Part shown: positions 9,575 through 21,227 of the stretch, in pieces | How the letters are laid out: every line of letters starts with the position of its first letter | Position numbering within the stretch: position 1 is the stretch's first letter | Source: Nitrospirota bacterium | GTDB lineage: Bacteria; Nitrospirota; Nitrospiria; Nitrospirales; NS-4 | Assembly: GCA_963788195.1 (NCBI GenBank) | Contig: CAWBGA010000002.1 | Coordinates: forward strand, 192,001-256,000 | Direction: 5' to 3' | Length of the DNA stretch: 64,000 bases | Translations under genes and position numbers: made by a program | The notes under the pieces: model-generated | Databases searched by the model: none | Told to the model about the DNA's origin: nothing | The model's input: only the letters and a program-made list of their open reading frames with translations

Positions 9575-10168
9575 CTAGAAGCGAAAACCGAGGCCTACCG
9601 TTAGTGCATCAATTCCAGGGTTGGTTGTTTTATCACTAAGCCAATTGAGACCGATCTGTTCGCCATTCGAGTTGTGGGTGTACTGGAGTGAGCCATACCA
9701 TCTTTTCTTCGTCTCACTAAAAAAGAATCTAAGACTGATCCCCAGATCATATGTACCTTGAGATTGTCCCGGATAAGCTTCCCCATCGGCTCCGAGGCGT
9801 TTTCCCGAATAGGCTAGCCCTGCGTTGACGAGCGCTTCCCATCTAGAAAAGGAGACGCCGAGCACTATGCCGCCTGCGCCTTGGAAGACGTCTTCCACAC
9901 CTGCCAATTTGATATAGGGACCGAATTCAAGTGACTCAAAGTACGGGATAGGGAACAGCAGGTCTGTAAACAGTTGCCCCGTTGGATGAGTCTTGTAGGA
10001 AGACGTTTCATTGAAACAAGTAAAACACACAGTCTCTGCGCCGATGCGAAGTTCAACATCAGCATTTGCGGCAAGGGAATGGAAAGGATAGAGCAATAAC
10101 GTCCCTATAAGCACTACTAGAATGAAATTGAAACATCGCTCCCTTGACAGGGGGACGAGTAGGTTCAT
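9575..10168 (-). CDS. Outer-membrane beta-barrel, PagL / acyloxyacyl hydrolase-like
   Basis: Signal peptide, YTHNSNG...NPGID motif, C-terminal VGLGFRF. Confidence 0.65.
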   Translation of the reverse strand: MNLLVPLSRERCFNFILVVLIGTLLLYPFHSLAANADVELRIGAETVCFTCFNETSSYKTHPTGQLFTDLLFPIPYFESLEFGPYIKLAGVEDVFQGAGGIVLGVSFSRWEALVNAGLAYSGKRLGADGEAYPGQSQGTYDLGISLRFFFSETKKRWYGSLQYTHNSNGEQIGLNWLSDKTTNPGIDALTVGLGFRF

Positions 10169-10226
10169 CTCGCGTGCGCGCTGTGGAAGGGGACGGGCTC
10201 CATTTCCGAAGGGTGCCTGTCCCAAT

Positions 10227-10517
10227 CTACGATTTATAGCCGTAGAGCCATCGTGCGGTCGTCCCGCCGATGTTGCGGACGGTATGCGAGGTATGGGCAG
10301 GAATCAAGAGTTCTTCGCCGATGCCGGGGTGCAGGATTTTGCCCTGCATCTCGAGTTCCAAGGCTCCCTCCATCAGCATGAGCAACTCGTCGGTAGAGTG
10401 CACGTAGTCTTCCCAGACCTGTCCGGGTGGATCCACCCACAAGCCGCAGCTAAAGCTGCGCGCTTCCCACTCTTCCGCGATTTTCGTACGATCGAGTTTC
10501 CCCACGCTGCTACTCAT
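10227..10517 (-). CDS. Cupin domain protein
   Basis: WEDYVHSTDELLMLMEG...GEELLIPAHTSHTVRN. Confidence 0.85.
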   Translation of the reverse strand: MSSSVGKLDRTKIAEEWEARSFSCGLWVDPPGQVWEDYVHSTDELLMLMEGALELEMQGKILHPGIGEELLIPAHTSHTVRNIGGTTARWLYGYKS

Positions 10518-10850
10518 GGAGAACTTTTACATCTTCTGGGGGACAAAAGGAAAGGGGCCAGAACAAAAAAACGATGGTCAGGCCCCTTTTTAGCGCAGGA
10601 TCCAGACGAGATAGCCGAGATATCCAATAAGACCGGAGAAGAAAAATTTGCTCATGATGCGTCTCCTTCTCAGCACTTATCGGATTAGACAGTCCAAAAC
10701 TGAAAAAGATAAATTCCTCTGACAAAAATGATCAGAGGGAGAAACGAGCACCTTTTAAGGCTGGGGACAGTGGCTCGCAGCGGGGGTCCTACACCGGGCC
10801 CGGGGTGGCGAGCATGGCTGGGCACTTCGGTGACAGGCCCCGCAAGGCAC

Positions 10851-12508
10851 TCACAGATTGTCCAGATACTGATGGACGAACGCCACTGCCATGGCGCCTT
10901 CGCCGACAGCGGAAGCTACGCGCTTCATCGAAGTGGAACGCACATCACCGGCGGCGAAGACTCCAGAGTGGCTGGTTTCCAGAAAATGGGGATGGCGCTT
11001 CGCGGTCCAGAACGGTGAATCCATCACGGCAGAGCCGGTCTTGATGAAGCCCTTTTCGTCGGTTTCGATTCCTTCAGGCAGCCAGTCAGTGTGTGGTACG
11101 GCACCAATGAGGGTGAAGACCGCAGGCGTCTCGATCATGCGGGTTTCCGCCGTGCGGTTGTTCTTGATTTGGATGGCCTCGAGGTGTCCATTACCCGTCA
11201 TCCTGCTGATCTCGGTGTTGGTCAAGACCTCGATGTTTTTCGTCTGCTCGATGCGGCGCGAGAGATACCGTGACATGTTCTTCCCCAAATCGTCGCCGCG
11301 TATCAGTAGAATTACTTTCCTTGCGTGCTCAGCCAGGAATACGGTCGCCTGGCCGGCAGCATTAGCGCCGCCCACGACGACAACCAGGGAGCCCTCGCAC
11401 ATCTGCGCTTCCATTGGTGTCGCGTCGTAATAGACGCCTACCCCCTCGAATTGTTCGAGCCCCTCGACTTCCAATCGGCAATACGAGGCGCCGGATGCAA
11501 TCAGAAGGCATTTGGCGGAGACACGCTTCTCGTTATCGAGATGGAGGACCGGGTAACCATTCTCGAATTCCAGTTTGCACACCTCGCACGGTGTAGAGAT
11601 CTGCGCGCCGAATTTCTGCGCCTGCAATACCATCTGACCGGCCAAGGTGCTGCCGGATAGGCCCATGGGAAAGCCGGGATAGTTCTCAATATTCGAGCTC
11701 GTGCCGGCTTGCCCGCCGGGCGCCTTCCGTTCCAGCACCACGGTACTCAGCCCTTCGGAGGCGCCGTACACGGCCGCGGCCAATCCCGAGGGTCCGGCCC
11801 CCACGATTGCAAGGTCATACGCGTCCTCTTTGAGCGTTTTCAGAATGCCCAACTTTTCAGCAAGTTCCCGGTTTGTAGGATTGCGCAGTGTCCACTCATT
11901 TCCAAACGCCACGACCGGGGTATCACCCTCACTGATTTTGAGCCGTTTGAGCAACTCCTCCATGTGTCGGTTCGTTCTCGATATCGGTCCACGAGAAGAA
12001 GACTCTGTTCTTGGCGAAGAAGTCACGAATGCGAAAGGTGTCGGCCGAAAAGCGCGAGCCGATCACCTGGAGCGGCGAAAGGTTCAAATCGCGCACGATC
12101 TGTGTGCGTGCGATCAAAGCCGCCAGAATGATGTTTCCCAACTTTGGCTCTTCATCGATCATGCGCCTGAGGGTTTCCGATGAGATCTCGAAAACCTCCA
12201 CATCGCCTTTCGCGATTTTGCTGAGGGTCGAGGCCCTCCCCGAGAGCAAATGGACTTCTCCCATAAGCTCTCTCGGCAGTCGCAATCGCTCAGAAGTTGT
12301 CGCTCCCCACTGGCAAAGTAGAGCGATTTCCACATTCCCCCGACCGGATGATGTGGCAATTTTGATCTCGTGCCCCCACCGCGACCAGCGTCTCGCCGTC
12401 TTTGTATGTTTTCAACGGGACGAATCGCTCCAGGATGCGGAGCTGGTCATCATCGAATTTCAGCTGGCTGATGGGGAACCGCGCTCGTATTTCCTGTTCG
12501 GTCAACAT
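10851..12508 (-). CDS. Cyclic-nucleotide-binding domain fused to thioredoxin-reductase-like flavoprotein, frameshifted
   Basis: N-terminal cNMP-like fold (YKDGETLV...IIRSGE; GEVHLLSG); YDLAIVGAGPSGL, GGQAGTSSNIENYPGFP, VVVVGGANAAGQA, FAAGDVR. Confidence 0.85.
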
Positions 12509-12683
12509 GAGTGACCCCCGCAAATGTGGATGGGTCCAGCATGATACTAAGGGCGCGGGCGTGAATCAATCCAAGGTCAGTCACCTTCATGACACCGGAA
12601 AGATGACCCACCCCCTGATCCCTCTTTCACATAAGCAAAGGACTTGGAAATAAGCGGGTGGCGTCCAGTGGCGTTCGCTTAAC

Positions 12684-12823
12684 GCGGGTGGCGCCGGGAG
12701 GGGGCCCACTTTTGCACCCGCCCACCCCGGCCGTCGCCAAGACGCGTCCTTTTCCGCGACTGCGCCTAGAGGCCAGTCTTCGCAGCGCGAAGCCGGCGGG
12801 GGAAACCGGCGGCAGCGACCCGG
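12684..12823 (-). repeat. Second copy of the structured element at 7144-7271
   Basis: Reverse complement aligns along its full length. Confidence 0.85.
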
Positions 12824-12858
12824 CGAAGCGCTGACCAACAGGACCCGCGATTGTACTA

Positions 12859-13152
12859 TTATCCGAGCTCTCCTATTATCTTGCGGTACTCGGTCTCCGG
12901 ATAGGCCCGTAGAGTGGTCGTGCGGACATTTCCGAGGGAGCCGATCTTTAGCAGGAACTTGGCCAGCGCGTCATCGTTTGGCATTTCCAGGATGAGCACA
13001 GCGTCATAGCTCCCCTGGAGCATGTAGAACGACTTTACCTCTCCGCCGATGTCTTTGACCGCCTTCTTTGCGGCGTCCACGCGCTTGGGAGAGTCTTTGA
13101 TGTTCTTGATCCCCTGATCCGTCCAGTTGAGGAGCATGAAGTAGGTGGACAT
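12859..13152 (-). CDS. GYD domain protein
   Basis: WTDQGIKNIKDSPKR...QGSYD...GNVRTTTLRA; GGAGG RBS. Confidence 0.88.
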   Translation of the reverse strand: MSTYFMLLNWTDQGIKNIKDSPKRVDAAKKAVKDIGGEVKSFYMLQGSYDAVLILEMPNDDALAKFLLKIGSLGNVRTTTLRAYPETEYRKIIGELG

Positions 13153-13176
13153 GGCGTACCTCCTGGTGTAATGCCG

Positions 13177-13749
13177 CTAGGCGCGAAGAGTGCGGAAGGT
13201 GACGGAGTAGCGGAGGCTTTTCACCGGAGGAATGCTGTGCTGCCACCTGCTGCGCGCGGCGCCGCTTAACACATACGCGGACCGTGGCTCGAGCGCAAGT
13301 GCGTAGGTTTCGCGGTTCGCGCCTTTGCCTCGCTGAAACCGCATCCGGCAGGGGGCCAACAGCGAGACCCCGGCTACATCAGGACCGAACATCGGCGCGT
13401 CCCGGTGCCAGCCGATGACGGCGCCTGGGGGGTATTGGGTGACCAGGACCTCCGCGATGGCGGCCGGTTCAGTTTTCAGCAACTCGGCCACGCGCGCCTG
13501 GAGAGGGATTAGAAACTCGGGGACAGGTGGGCCGGGCTCGACCCGCCAGGTTTCATAGCCGTAGACCAAGCCGAAATGGGCGACGCGGCGCTTCGCCGCG
13601 ATGCCGTGCATCCGGACCTCAGAGAATTCCAGCCCCTCGATCGCCTCGATGAGCCTGCATTCCTCGTCTCGGGTGATAAAGTCGGGATGGTACTGAATAC
13701 CCTCAGGGGCAGTGACGATGCTGAGTCTCAAAGGACTGGAATTCACCAT
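13177..13749 (-). CDS. AlkB-like 2OG-Fe(II) dioxygenase
   Basis: YPPGAVIGWHRD, WQHSI, RYSVTFR. Confidence 0.88.
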   Translation of the reverse strand: MVNSSPLRLSIVTAPEGIQYHPDFITRDEECRLIEAIEGLEFSEVRMHGIAAKRRVAHFGLVYGYETWRVEPGPPVPEFLIPLQARVAELLKTEPAAIAEVLVTQYPPGAVIGWHRDAPMFGPDVAGVSLLAPCRMRFQRGKGANRETYALALEPRSAYVLSGAARSRWQHSIPPVKSLRYSVTFRTLRA

Positions 13750-13754
13750 GGATG

Positions 13755-14595
13755 TTACCTTACTTTCGAACCTGCCTGCCCCATCATCTCGCTTAAGTCC
13801 TTGCGCGCGAAGCCCGCTGGTGGTCGAAACTCCGACGCCGGCAGCGACCGAGCCTCAGCCTTGGTCACCTCCACTGAGCTGCCGCTGCCGCTTCGGTCCA
13901 CGGTTTTCACGGCATATCCTTCATTCGCAAGTTTCCATGCGTTATCCTTCCCGAAGCCATGACGACTTTGACTGGCTCCACAGCCGGGCATCGCCGCCGT
14001 CAGCTCTGTCATAAGACGCTCCAGCTTTTTCGCGTCCAGCTCTTTCCACGCGGTGATGCTCTTGGCGATCCACAGCTCCGACTCCGGTTTCCCATCGGCC
14101 AGCACTTCATAGTTGATGGATGGATGGCCCGCAAGCGTAGCTTGCTGCCCGGTTTTCCGCATTTCGATCCGCGGCTCAGCGCAGGCTTCGGATTTCGGGT
14201 TGGCTTCCGGCATTCGCGAGCGCATCATCTTCTCCATCATCTCGACGCTGTTCCGGCGGTAGATCCTTTAATGCTTTATCCATGGCGCTTGTCGCGTTTT
14301 TCATGGCGCCCTGGATCATCTGTGCGTATTCCTGCACCTTGGCGGTTGAGTACGACCGGTCCCGATAATTAACTTGGGTGACCGTCTCATTATTCAGGTC
14401 CAGGACGAAGGCCATTTCGGGCTTGCCTTCCGGATTCAGCATAAGGGTCTTCATCTGGTTCGCCTGCATGGCTATCTGCTGTTTGCTTTCATTGCTTTGG
14501 CTCTTGACAGATTGATCGATGATCCATCCCGCCGATGCCTGGCTGGTCCATGCAATGCCGACGAGAATGCTCCACAGTACTCGATGTCGAATCAT
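13755..14595 (-). CDS. Secreted DUF4412-like protein, frameshift near 14243
   Basis: Signal peptide; LKDLPPEQR|MMEKMM; KTGQQATLAGH; ELWIA; EFRPPAGF. Confidence 0.65.
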
Positions 14596-14628
14596 ATGGA
14601 ATCTCCTGACTTCAGCTTGTTGCGGTTA

Positions 14629-14680
14629 GGGGTAAAGGAATCTGTCCTGGCAGATTCCAGGGTTGGGCGGGTGCAATGGG
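14629..14680 (+). repeat. Single copy of the G-rich hairpin repeat
   Basis: Near-identical to 1099-1147. Confidence 0.9.
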
Positions 14681-14791
14681 CAAAAGGAATGTCGGTGCAC
14701 ATGCCGAATTCTGAGCATAGCCGATCAGCAATCCCGACGGCAATCAGTCATGGCGGGGGCCCGATTCTTTCTGTTATGAAACAGTGAGTAT

Positions 14792-14989
14792 CTACTCTTC
14801 AATTTCCAATCTGAGCATTTTCCAGGTGCCGAGTGTTATGTTCGGGGGATCGCCCTCAATCCACTCTTCCTCATTTTGAGCGAACCGACGGTGCCAGCGA
14901 CTTGACCCTTCTCTTTTTATCTCCCAGATCTGTCCGTTTGGATCCCGCAAACGTACTGTCATTTCGTAATCTCCTTCGGTCTGGATCAT
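14792..14989 (-). CDS. Small hypothetical protein
   Basis: 65-aa ORF with upstream GGAG and protein-like composition. Confidence 0.5.
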   Translation of the reverse strand: MIQTEGDYEMTVRLRDPNGQIWEIKREGSSRWHRRFAQNEEEWIEGDPPNITLGTWKMLRLEIEE

Positions 14990-15005
14990 CGCGATAGGTG
15001 CTCCC

Positions 15006-15125
15006 TTATATTCTTTTTAAAATAAGCCTCCGTCCTCAGTTCACACACCTCCACATGTGCTCGGTCAGATAAAAGTCGACAAACACCTCTCTCACCATTA
15101 AGCCGTTACATTTTTTACACGTCAT
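15006..15125 (-). pseudogene. Small Zn-ribbon ORF with in-frame TGA at the fourth Cys position
   Basis: Own translation MTCKKCNGLMVREVFVDFYLTEHMWRCVN*GRRLILKRI; GGGAGGG RBS. Confidence 0.7.
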
Positions 15126-15535
15126 GATCATCCCTCCCGCATCGGACAATCTCCCGCGCCAAACTCCCCCAGGTTATCGACGCAGTATCGCGTGCGCATC
15201 AAATCGTCGTTACGACCTTGTTAATCCTGTATTAGAAGGTGCGCATGACAGCTCATAAGCACAGAACCATAAAAAGTAACGGCGGCTTAACAGAAGTTCC
15301 TTCGTAAGAAACGTCTGGTACCCATGGTCTGGTCGTCATGTCAGTCAAAGGGTGATCTAACGGAACAACAGGGAGGAGGGTATGATGAGGTTACATACCA
15401 GACGATGTATGACCGCCACGACCGCTTGTGTGTGCGCATTGTCGGGTACGCTTTTTAGTCAAGCAGGCAAGTGCGACATAGGCGCATTTTGCGGCGAAGG
15501 CGGAGCCTTGGTAATCTGGCCGAATATTATTTATC

Positions 15536-15784
15536 TTATTGACTTGCTGGCGGGGTTGGCTCGTCGACAGGGATGCGGCCTATTTGCTTTTCCATGGCGT
15601 CGTTCACCTTATTTCTCACGCCGTCGATTACGGTTTTGGGCTGAGAGTGGGTGATGTCTGGCTGAACCGCATGCTCCTTGACCCAAAATTCGTAGATCGC
15701 GAAACCAACGGCTACTACCACGATCACGAATCCCAAGAGAACATCGATCCGGCCGCGTTCATTTCGCATAAATCTTCTCATCAA
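15536..15784 (-). CDS. Small single-pass membrane protein
   Basis: RNERG followed by a hydrophobic helix (pilin-leader-like). Confidence 0.55.
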   Translation of the reverse strand: MMRRFMRNERGRIDVLLGFVIVVVAVGFAIYEFWVKEHAVQPDITHSQPKTVIDGVRNKVNDAMEKQIGRIPVDEPTPPASQ

Positions 15785-15802
15785 GATAATCCTTTGTTAA
15801 AT

Positions 15803-16050
15803 CCCTTTTCCCCTCTGCACCCGCCCACCAAGCCGAGCTTGCTCGACATTGCACCCGGCCCACCCTCGAGCTCGCCAAGACGAGCTCATCCTCCCGTGGT
15901 GGCCTGATGATCATGTAAGGCCGCCGGGATAGTCTCTTCGCATTGATTGGAACACTTCATTGCCTCCGCCCTGAAATCCTATTTCACCCACCCACCCCGG
16001 CGCTGCCAAGACAGCGCCTTGACCCGTGAGACAGATTCCTTTTCCCCTCA
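15803..16050 (-). repeat. Cluster of G-rich hairpin repeat variants
   Basis: Minus strand GAGCTCG-TCTTGG-CGAGCTC and GGCGCTG-TCTTGG-CAGCGCC, each followed by a GGGTGGG...GGGTG tract. Confidence 0.8.
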
Positions 16051-16058
16051 GGCAATGC

Positions 16059-17616
16059 TCAGGTCTTGCCGGCGCGAATCTTTTCGTTCAGAGTGTCGAT
16101 CCACCGGCGCTGGAATTCCTCATAGGGGAAAAACAGCCGATCCTGCATTGCGGCGGCAATCGATTGGCCGTTGGCCAACGCGCCGATCAGTTCGCGAACT
16201 TTCTGCAAGCCGAAGCGCTCGACAAGATAGACCGTAGCGGAATTTCCTTCCAGGTAAGCCACCATTGCAAGCTTGGGCGGCAAAGCGCCCCAGGGACCTT
16301 CGAGATAGCTCAAGGGGATTAACTGAACCTCTCCCCGTATCAATTCAGGAATATCAGCCAAGGGGTCTCCGGCAAATTGCATCGCGAGGCCTTCATTGAG
16401 CCACGTGGGAATCGCGCCAACTCTGCCCCCTACCTTGTCGTGCAGCAGCGCATGGACGAATTCATGGCGCAGCACCCGCGTTAACCAGACTTGATCAGTC
16501 AACGCGCCGTTAGTTGGGATTTTAATGCGTCCTAGGAGCGGATCGAACAGGCCGTCGGACCACGCGGGTCCCCCCGTTGAGTTATGAAAAGATTCCTTGG
16601 TCAGCAGAACGACCGTAATCGGCTTCGATGGGTAGTGTCCCAACTCGCGGCCGATCTCCTGGTACGCCTCCTCAAGTATCTCGAGTACCCGGTTCCAGAT
16701 CTCATAGTCGTCGCCCCCTTCGAACTTTACTTGAAAGTGAGAACTCTGGCGGTTGAGAAGCGGTTGCTCGGCTTTCGACGCTGCTTTGAGTCTGCTTGAG
16801 AGGGACTTCACCGCGGATTGGACGTCGGGATATCGGCTCACCAATGCCGCAGCATAATCCAGATGCGTGGTAGCGCCGTCAAAATCGTCCTTTTTGTAAT
16901 GGATCTCGGCGAGGGCTAAGTGCAGCCATGGATCGTCGGTGACAACCACGAGCGCCTTCTCCAAGAAGTCTCGGGTCAGGCCGGGATCTTTGAGTTCGAT
17001 GTAGAGCCGTCCAAGGTTTCGGTAGGCCTCGGGCTGCGTGGAGTCAATCGAGAGAGCAGTCTTAAACGCCGCCATCCCTGAACCGGCGCCTTTCGCCCTC
17101 TGTTGGACGCCAAGGTTGTTCCAAAGAACTCCCGCAAACTGCTGGATGCGCCGCTCACTGAAGGCCTCCGTGGGCAGCGTCTTTAACTTCGTCTCGGCTT
17201 CATTCTCTTTGCCCTCTTCAAGATTGATACGGACGGCGTCCAGGGTACTGGCATACACGGACGCGGGAACTATCCCTGCCGAGGCAATCCTAATTTCACT
17301 ATCTTTTGGAGCTAGAGAATTCTTCAGCAACAGCGCCGCGCTCAACGAGTCCGACGAGAGAGGCTGATTTTCGGGGGCTGAGCGCCTCGGGATCGGGGAG
17401 CGCCGCGTCATGGTGCGTGATCTTCCACCCAATGGGGATGGCGACGGCCATGATCAGGGCTAGAAACACGCTGACTACACGGAGATTTCGTCGTCGCCGA
17501 TTTCGCTTTTCGGCCGACTTGGGGTCTTCCGTGTTCCCCTTCCAAAGACCTAACTCATCGGGAGGAAGAATCTCAATGCTTCTTCCCGAGCCTTCTGAGC
17601 TGCGTTTGCGCGTCAT
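16059..17616 (-). CDS. Membrane-anchored TPR protein with peptidase MA-like domain, frameshift near 17375
   Basis: N-terminal TM, TPR helices, HEFVH zincin motif, PTWLNEGLA. Confidence 0.8.
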
Positions 17617-17626
17617 GGTGAGGTGC

Positions 17627-17914
17627 CTAGCGCATGTCCAGGCGCGGACCGGCCTTGATCGCGATTTTCACCCACTTCTTTTCAGGCGGGTAGCCGATCA
17701 CTTCACGGCCATTGACGACCACCAACGGGACGCGAGCGCCGTAGCGCTCTATCAGTTTCGCATCGGTCTGGATGTCAATCACGGTCAGATTGAACGGAAG
17801 GGTTTGTTGGACTTCATCGAGGTACGCCTTGGCCTCGTCACAGAGCGGACAGTCCGGTTTTGTATACAATGTGACATCGGGGATCGGAGACTTGCGCTTC
17901 CAGACACCGAACAT
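17627..17914 (-). CDS. Glutaredoxin-like protein (DUF836-like)
   Basis: VTLYTKPDCPLCD...YGARVP. Confidence 0.85.
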   Translation of the reverse strand: MFGVWKRKSPIPDVTLYTKPDCPLCDEAKAYLDEVQQTLPFNLTVIDIQTDAKLIERYGARVPLVVVNGREVIGYPPEKKWVKIAIKAGPRLDMR

Positions 17915-18121
17915 GCCGGCGATTGTAACAAATTAGTGTGCGTCCAGGTCAATAAATGCATGATTTCACCTACATATTAACCTTATTATGGCTCGGAGTC
18001 GAGAAAAGCTTACAATCTCAACGGATTTTATGATTTTTTCTTGCGGGCGGTTTAGAATGAGGTAATGGGTAAGACCCAATTTGAGAGGGATTCGCGGAGA
18101 TAGGTAACCAGCAGGATCTGT

Positions 18122-18571
18122 ATGGAAGATAACTTGTCCCAGACTAACGTAGTGGACCCCGACTGGGCGGCCGTTTGCGCGCGCCTGCGCAACAGTCTGC
18201 CTTCCTTCTACGAACTCGAACCTGGAGGGGCTTTAATGATGGATCTCGGCGAAGAGGGCTGGCTGTTGGAGCTCACGCCTGATCGCCGACTGCTCTGCCA
18301 GATGGGCATGGACTTGGAAGATATCAAGAGCCTCATGTCCGATGGGACGCCTGAAGATCTTGGAACGGATGAGGTCGCAAAGCAGGTGAAGTACTATATC
18401 CAGCCGGCCGTGTCAAAGTTTCGGCAACGACTGCGCGACGCCGGTTTCGAAGAGACTACGGAGATGAACGACGATTATGTCGCGGCCATATTTCACAAAG
18501 ACGTGGACTTTGCAAAACCAGATGAGATTGAACACGCCATCCAGTGGTGTCGAAAGCAATTTGGGGCGTAA
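18122..18571 (+). CDS. Hypothetical protein
   Basis: Clean 149-aa acidic ORF after an AT-rich intergenic region. Confidence 0.75.
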   Translation: MEDNLSQTNVVDPDWAAVCARLRNSLPSFYELEPGGALMMDLGEEGWLLELTPDRRLLCQMGMDLEDIKSLMSDGTPEDLGTDEVAKQVKYYIQPAVSKFRQRLRDAGFEETTEMNDDYVAAIFHKDVDFAKPDEIEHAIQWCRKQFGA

Positions 18572-18587
18572 CTTGGGGTCTGACAAA

Positions 18588-19423
<836 letters not shown>

Positions 19424-19429
19424 GGTGCA

Positions 19430-19605
19430 CCTCCGAGAAGGCCCGGTCTTGCGCAATGCGGGCTTCGGTGGCCCAGGCGACTGTACGGGCTCCTTCTGGT
19501 AACGGGCGTGACGACCTGGCTGAGCGACGGTCTCAGAGGACCCAGGATGAGTCGGTCTATCACGCCCTGGTTGTTGATGCACCATAGGATCCATCAGTGA
19601 GGATC
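19430..19605 (-). ncRNA. Putative IS110 bridge RNA
   Basis: 5' hairpin GATCC/GGATC; target loop closed by GGGCGTGA/TCACGCCC with ACTCATCCT and CGCTCAG; donor loop with ACAGTCGCC and GCGCAAG. Confidence 0.8.
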
Positions 19606-19613
19606 AAGATACA

Positions 19614-19663
19614 AGGATGACAAGCAAAGGATTCAGGATGACAGGCGAAGTGTTCAGAATGAC
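19614..19663. repeat. REP-like TCAGGATGACA half-site array, interrupted by IS110
   Basis: 19614-19655 is identical (42 bp) to 44306-44347. Confidence 0.9.
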
Positions 19664-19689
19664 AAAAGCTTCGCGGGGGACCCGCGGTC

Positions 19690-20565
19690 CTAGCTTGCGG
19701 AATCATCCTTCGTCTTGTATTTCTCGGCGAGCTTGTAGTAGCCTTCCAGATCGATAATTTCGTGAAATTGCTGGAAGGGCAGCAGGCGGTCCAAGGCATC
19801 TCGCGTCGTCCCGTGACTCTTGATCAGATTGAACATGTCCTGCATGGCTTTCGCTGAGGCGTAGAGCGCCGTGAGCGGGCAGACGATGAGCTGAAATCCG
19901 ATCTGTTCCAGCTCATCTTTCGTCAACAAGGGCGTGACGCCGCCCTCCAGCATGTTGGCGACCAATGGGCCGGATAGTTCCTTTGCAATCCTTACCAACT
20001 CCTCTTTGCTTCGAGGCGCCTCGATAAACAGAGCGTCCGCGCCTGCTTCTTTATATCCCTGGCAACGCTCGATCGCGTCCTCAAGGTTGACTACCTGGCG
20101 CGCATCGGTGCGGGCCACAATGAAGAAGTCGCGCTTGCCGCGAGCATCCACCGCCGCCCGTATCTTCTGTATATGCTCCTCAGGCGGAATCACGCGCTTG
20201 CCCTTCATGTGTCCGCATCGTTTAGGCCAGACCTGGTCTTCCAAAAACATCCCGGCGGCGCCGGCCTCGATCAATTCGTTCACCGTGCGGATGACATTGA
20301 GCGCATTGCCGTAGCCCGTATCGGCATCAATGATGATGGGAATCTTGACCGAGGCGCAGACTCGACGCGCGGTGCTGATCATCTCGGTCTGGGTCAGATA
20401 TCCGAAGTCCGGCAACCCGAGATGCGTCGCGGCCACGCTGTATCCGGAAATAAAACTGAGGGGGAAACCGGCTCGCTCGACAAGCTTGGCGCTCAGCGCA
20501 TCGTACACGCCGGGGAAAATCAGGGTGCCATGCTTTTTTAACAGCGCCGAGACGCGAGATTCCAT
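19690..20565 (-). CDS. Isocitrate lyase / PEP mutase family enzyme (methylisocitrate lyase-like)
   Basis: PGVYDALSA, DADTGYG, EDQVWPKRCGH, IVARTDA. Confidence 0.9.
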   Translation of the reverse strand: MESRVSALLKKHGTLIFPGVYDALSAKLVERAGFPLSFISGYSVAATHLGLPDFGYLTQTEMISTARRVCASVKIPIIIDADTGYGNALNVIRTVNELIEAGAAGMFLEDQVWPKRCGHMKGKRVIPPEEHIQKIRAAVDARGKRDFFIVARTDARQVVNLEDAIERCQGYKEAGADALFIEAPRSKEELVRIAKELSGPLVANMLEGGVTPLLTKDELEQIGFQLIVCPLTALYASAKAMQDMFNLIKSHGTTRDALDRLLPFQQFHEIIDLEGYYKLAEKYKTKDDSAS

Positions 20566-20729
20566 GATGTGCCTCCGCGATCAATACAGGTTTCGCGAGC
20601 CGTGGCAATTTTAGTGGTCGTCCCCGAATCGGTCAACAGCTATACTTTCTTGCGGTGTTCTTTACAGCAGAATTGCGCTAGAACTGCAGAGATCTGAAAT
20701 TTCGTCTCACAAGCCTGGAGGATCTACTA

Positions 20730-21210
20730 ATGAAACAGACCAAAATACTGCTTGCCGTGTTGTCTATTATGGTGGTCAGTATGATCGGGTGCAGCGGCTA
20801 TCACCAAGGCAGGCCGGGGACTTCTGGAGAGCCTGCTTCGCAGGAGGTTGTTTCGCAGGTTAAACGGCTGGTTGAGGAGAATGTGAAGGATCCGGACAAG
20901 GCCAGTCAGGTCCAAGGGTTGATCCAGGACATTGTCAAAGAGGTCAAAAGATCAGGCGCAAGAGACACGCGGGTTTCACGAGCAATTGGCTGTTTTGAAC
21001 GCCAACTATGACGCGCCGCCGGAGCAATTCACAAAGATCCTGGATGAATTGAACAACACCAGGATGGAGAGCGCGGCAAAAATCCTCAAAACAAGATTCA
21101 AGGTCAAGGAGATTCTCACTCGCGAAGAATGGAAGAATCTGAACGAGGCCATGCTGAAAGCACGGCAAACGCATGAACAACGACCCCCGTCGACGTCCGA
21201 CAGGTATTGA
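20730..21210 (+). CDS. Helical lipoprotein, frameshift near 20955
   Basis: Lipobox MIGC; two overlapping ORFs join into one helical protein. Confidence 0.6.
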
Positions 21211-21227
21211 CGGGCTTCAGTAATCTC

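Noticed and set aside
15145..15160. Sigma54 promoter TGGCGCG...TTGT upstream of the micro Zn-ribbon ORF
   Set aside because: The -24/-12 spacing is one base too long and the -12 GC is missing.
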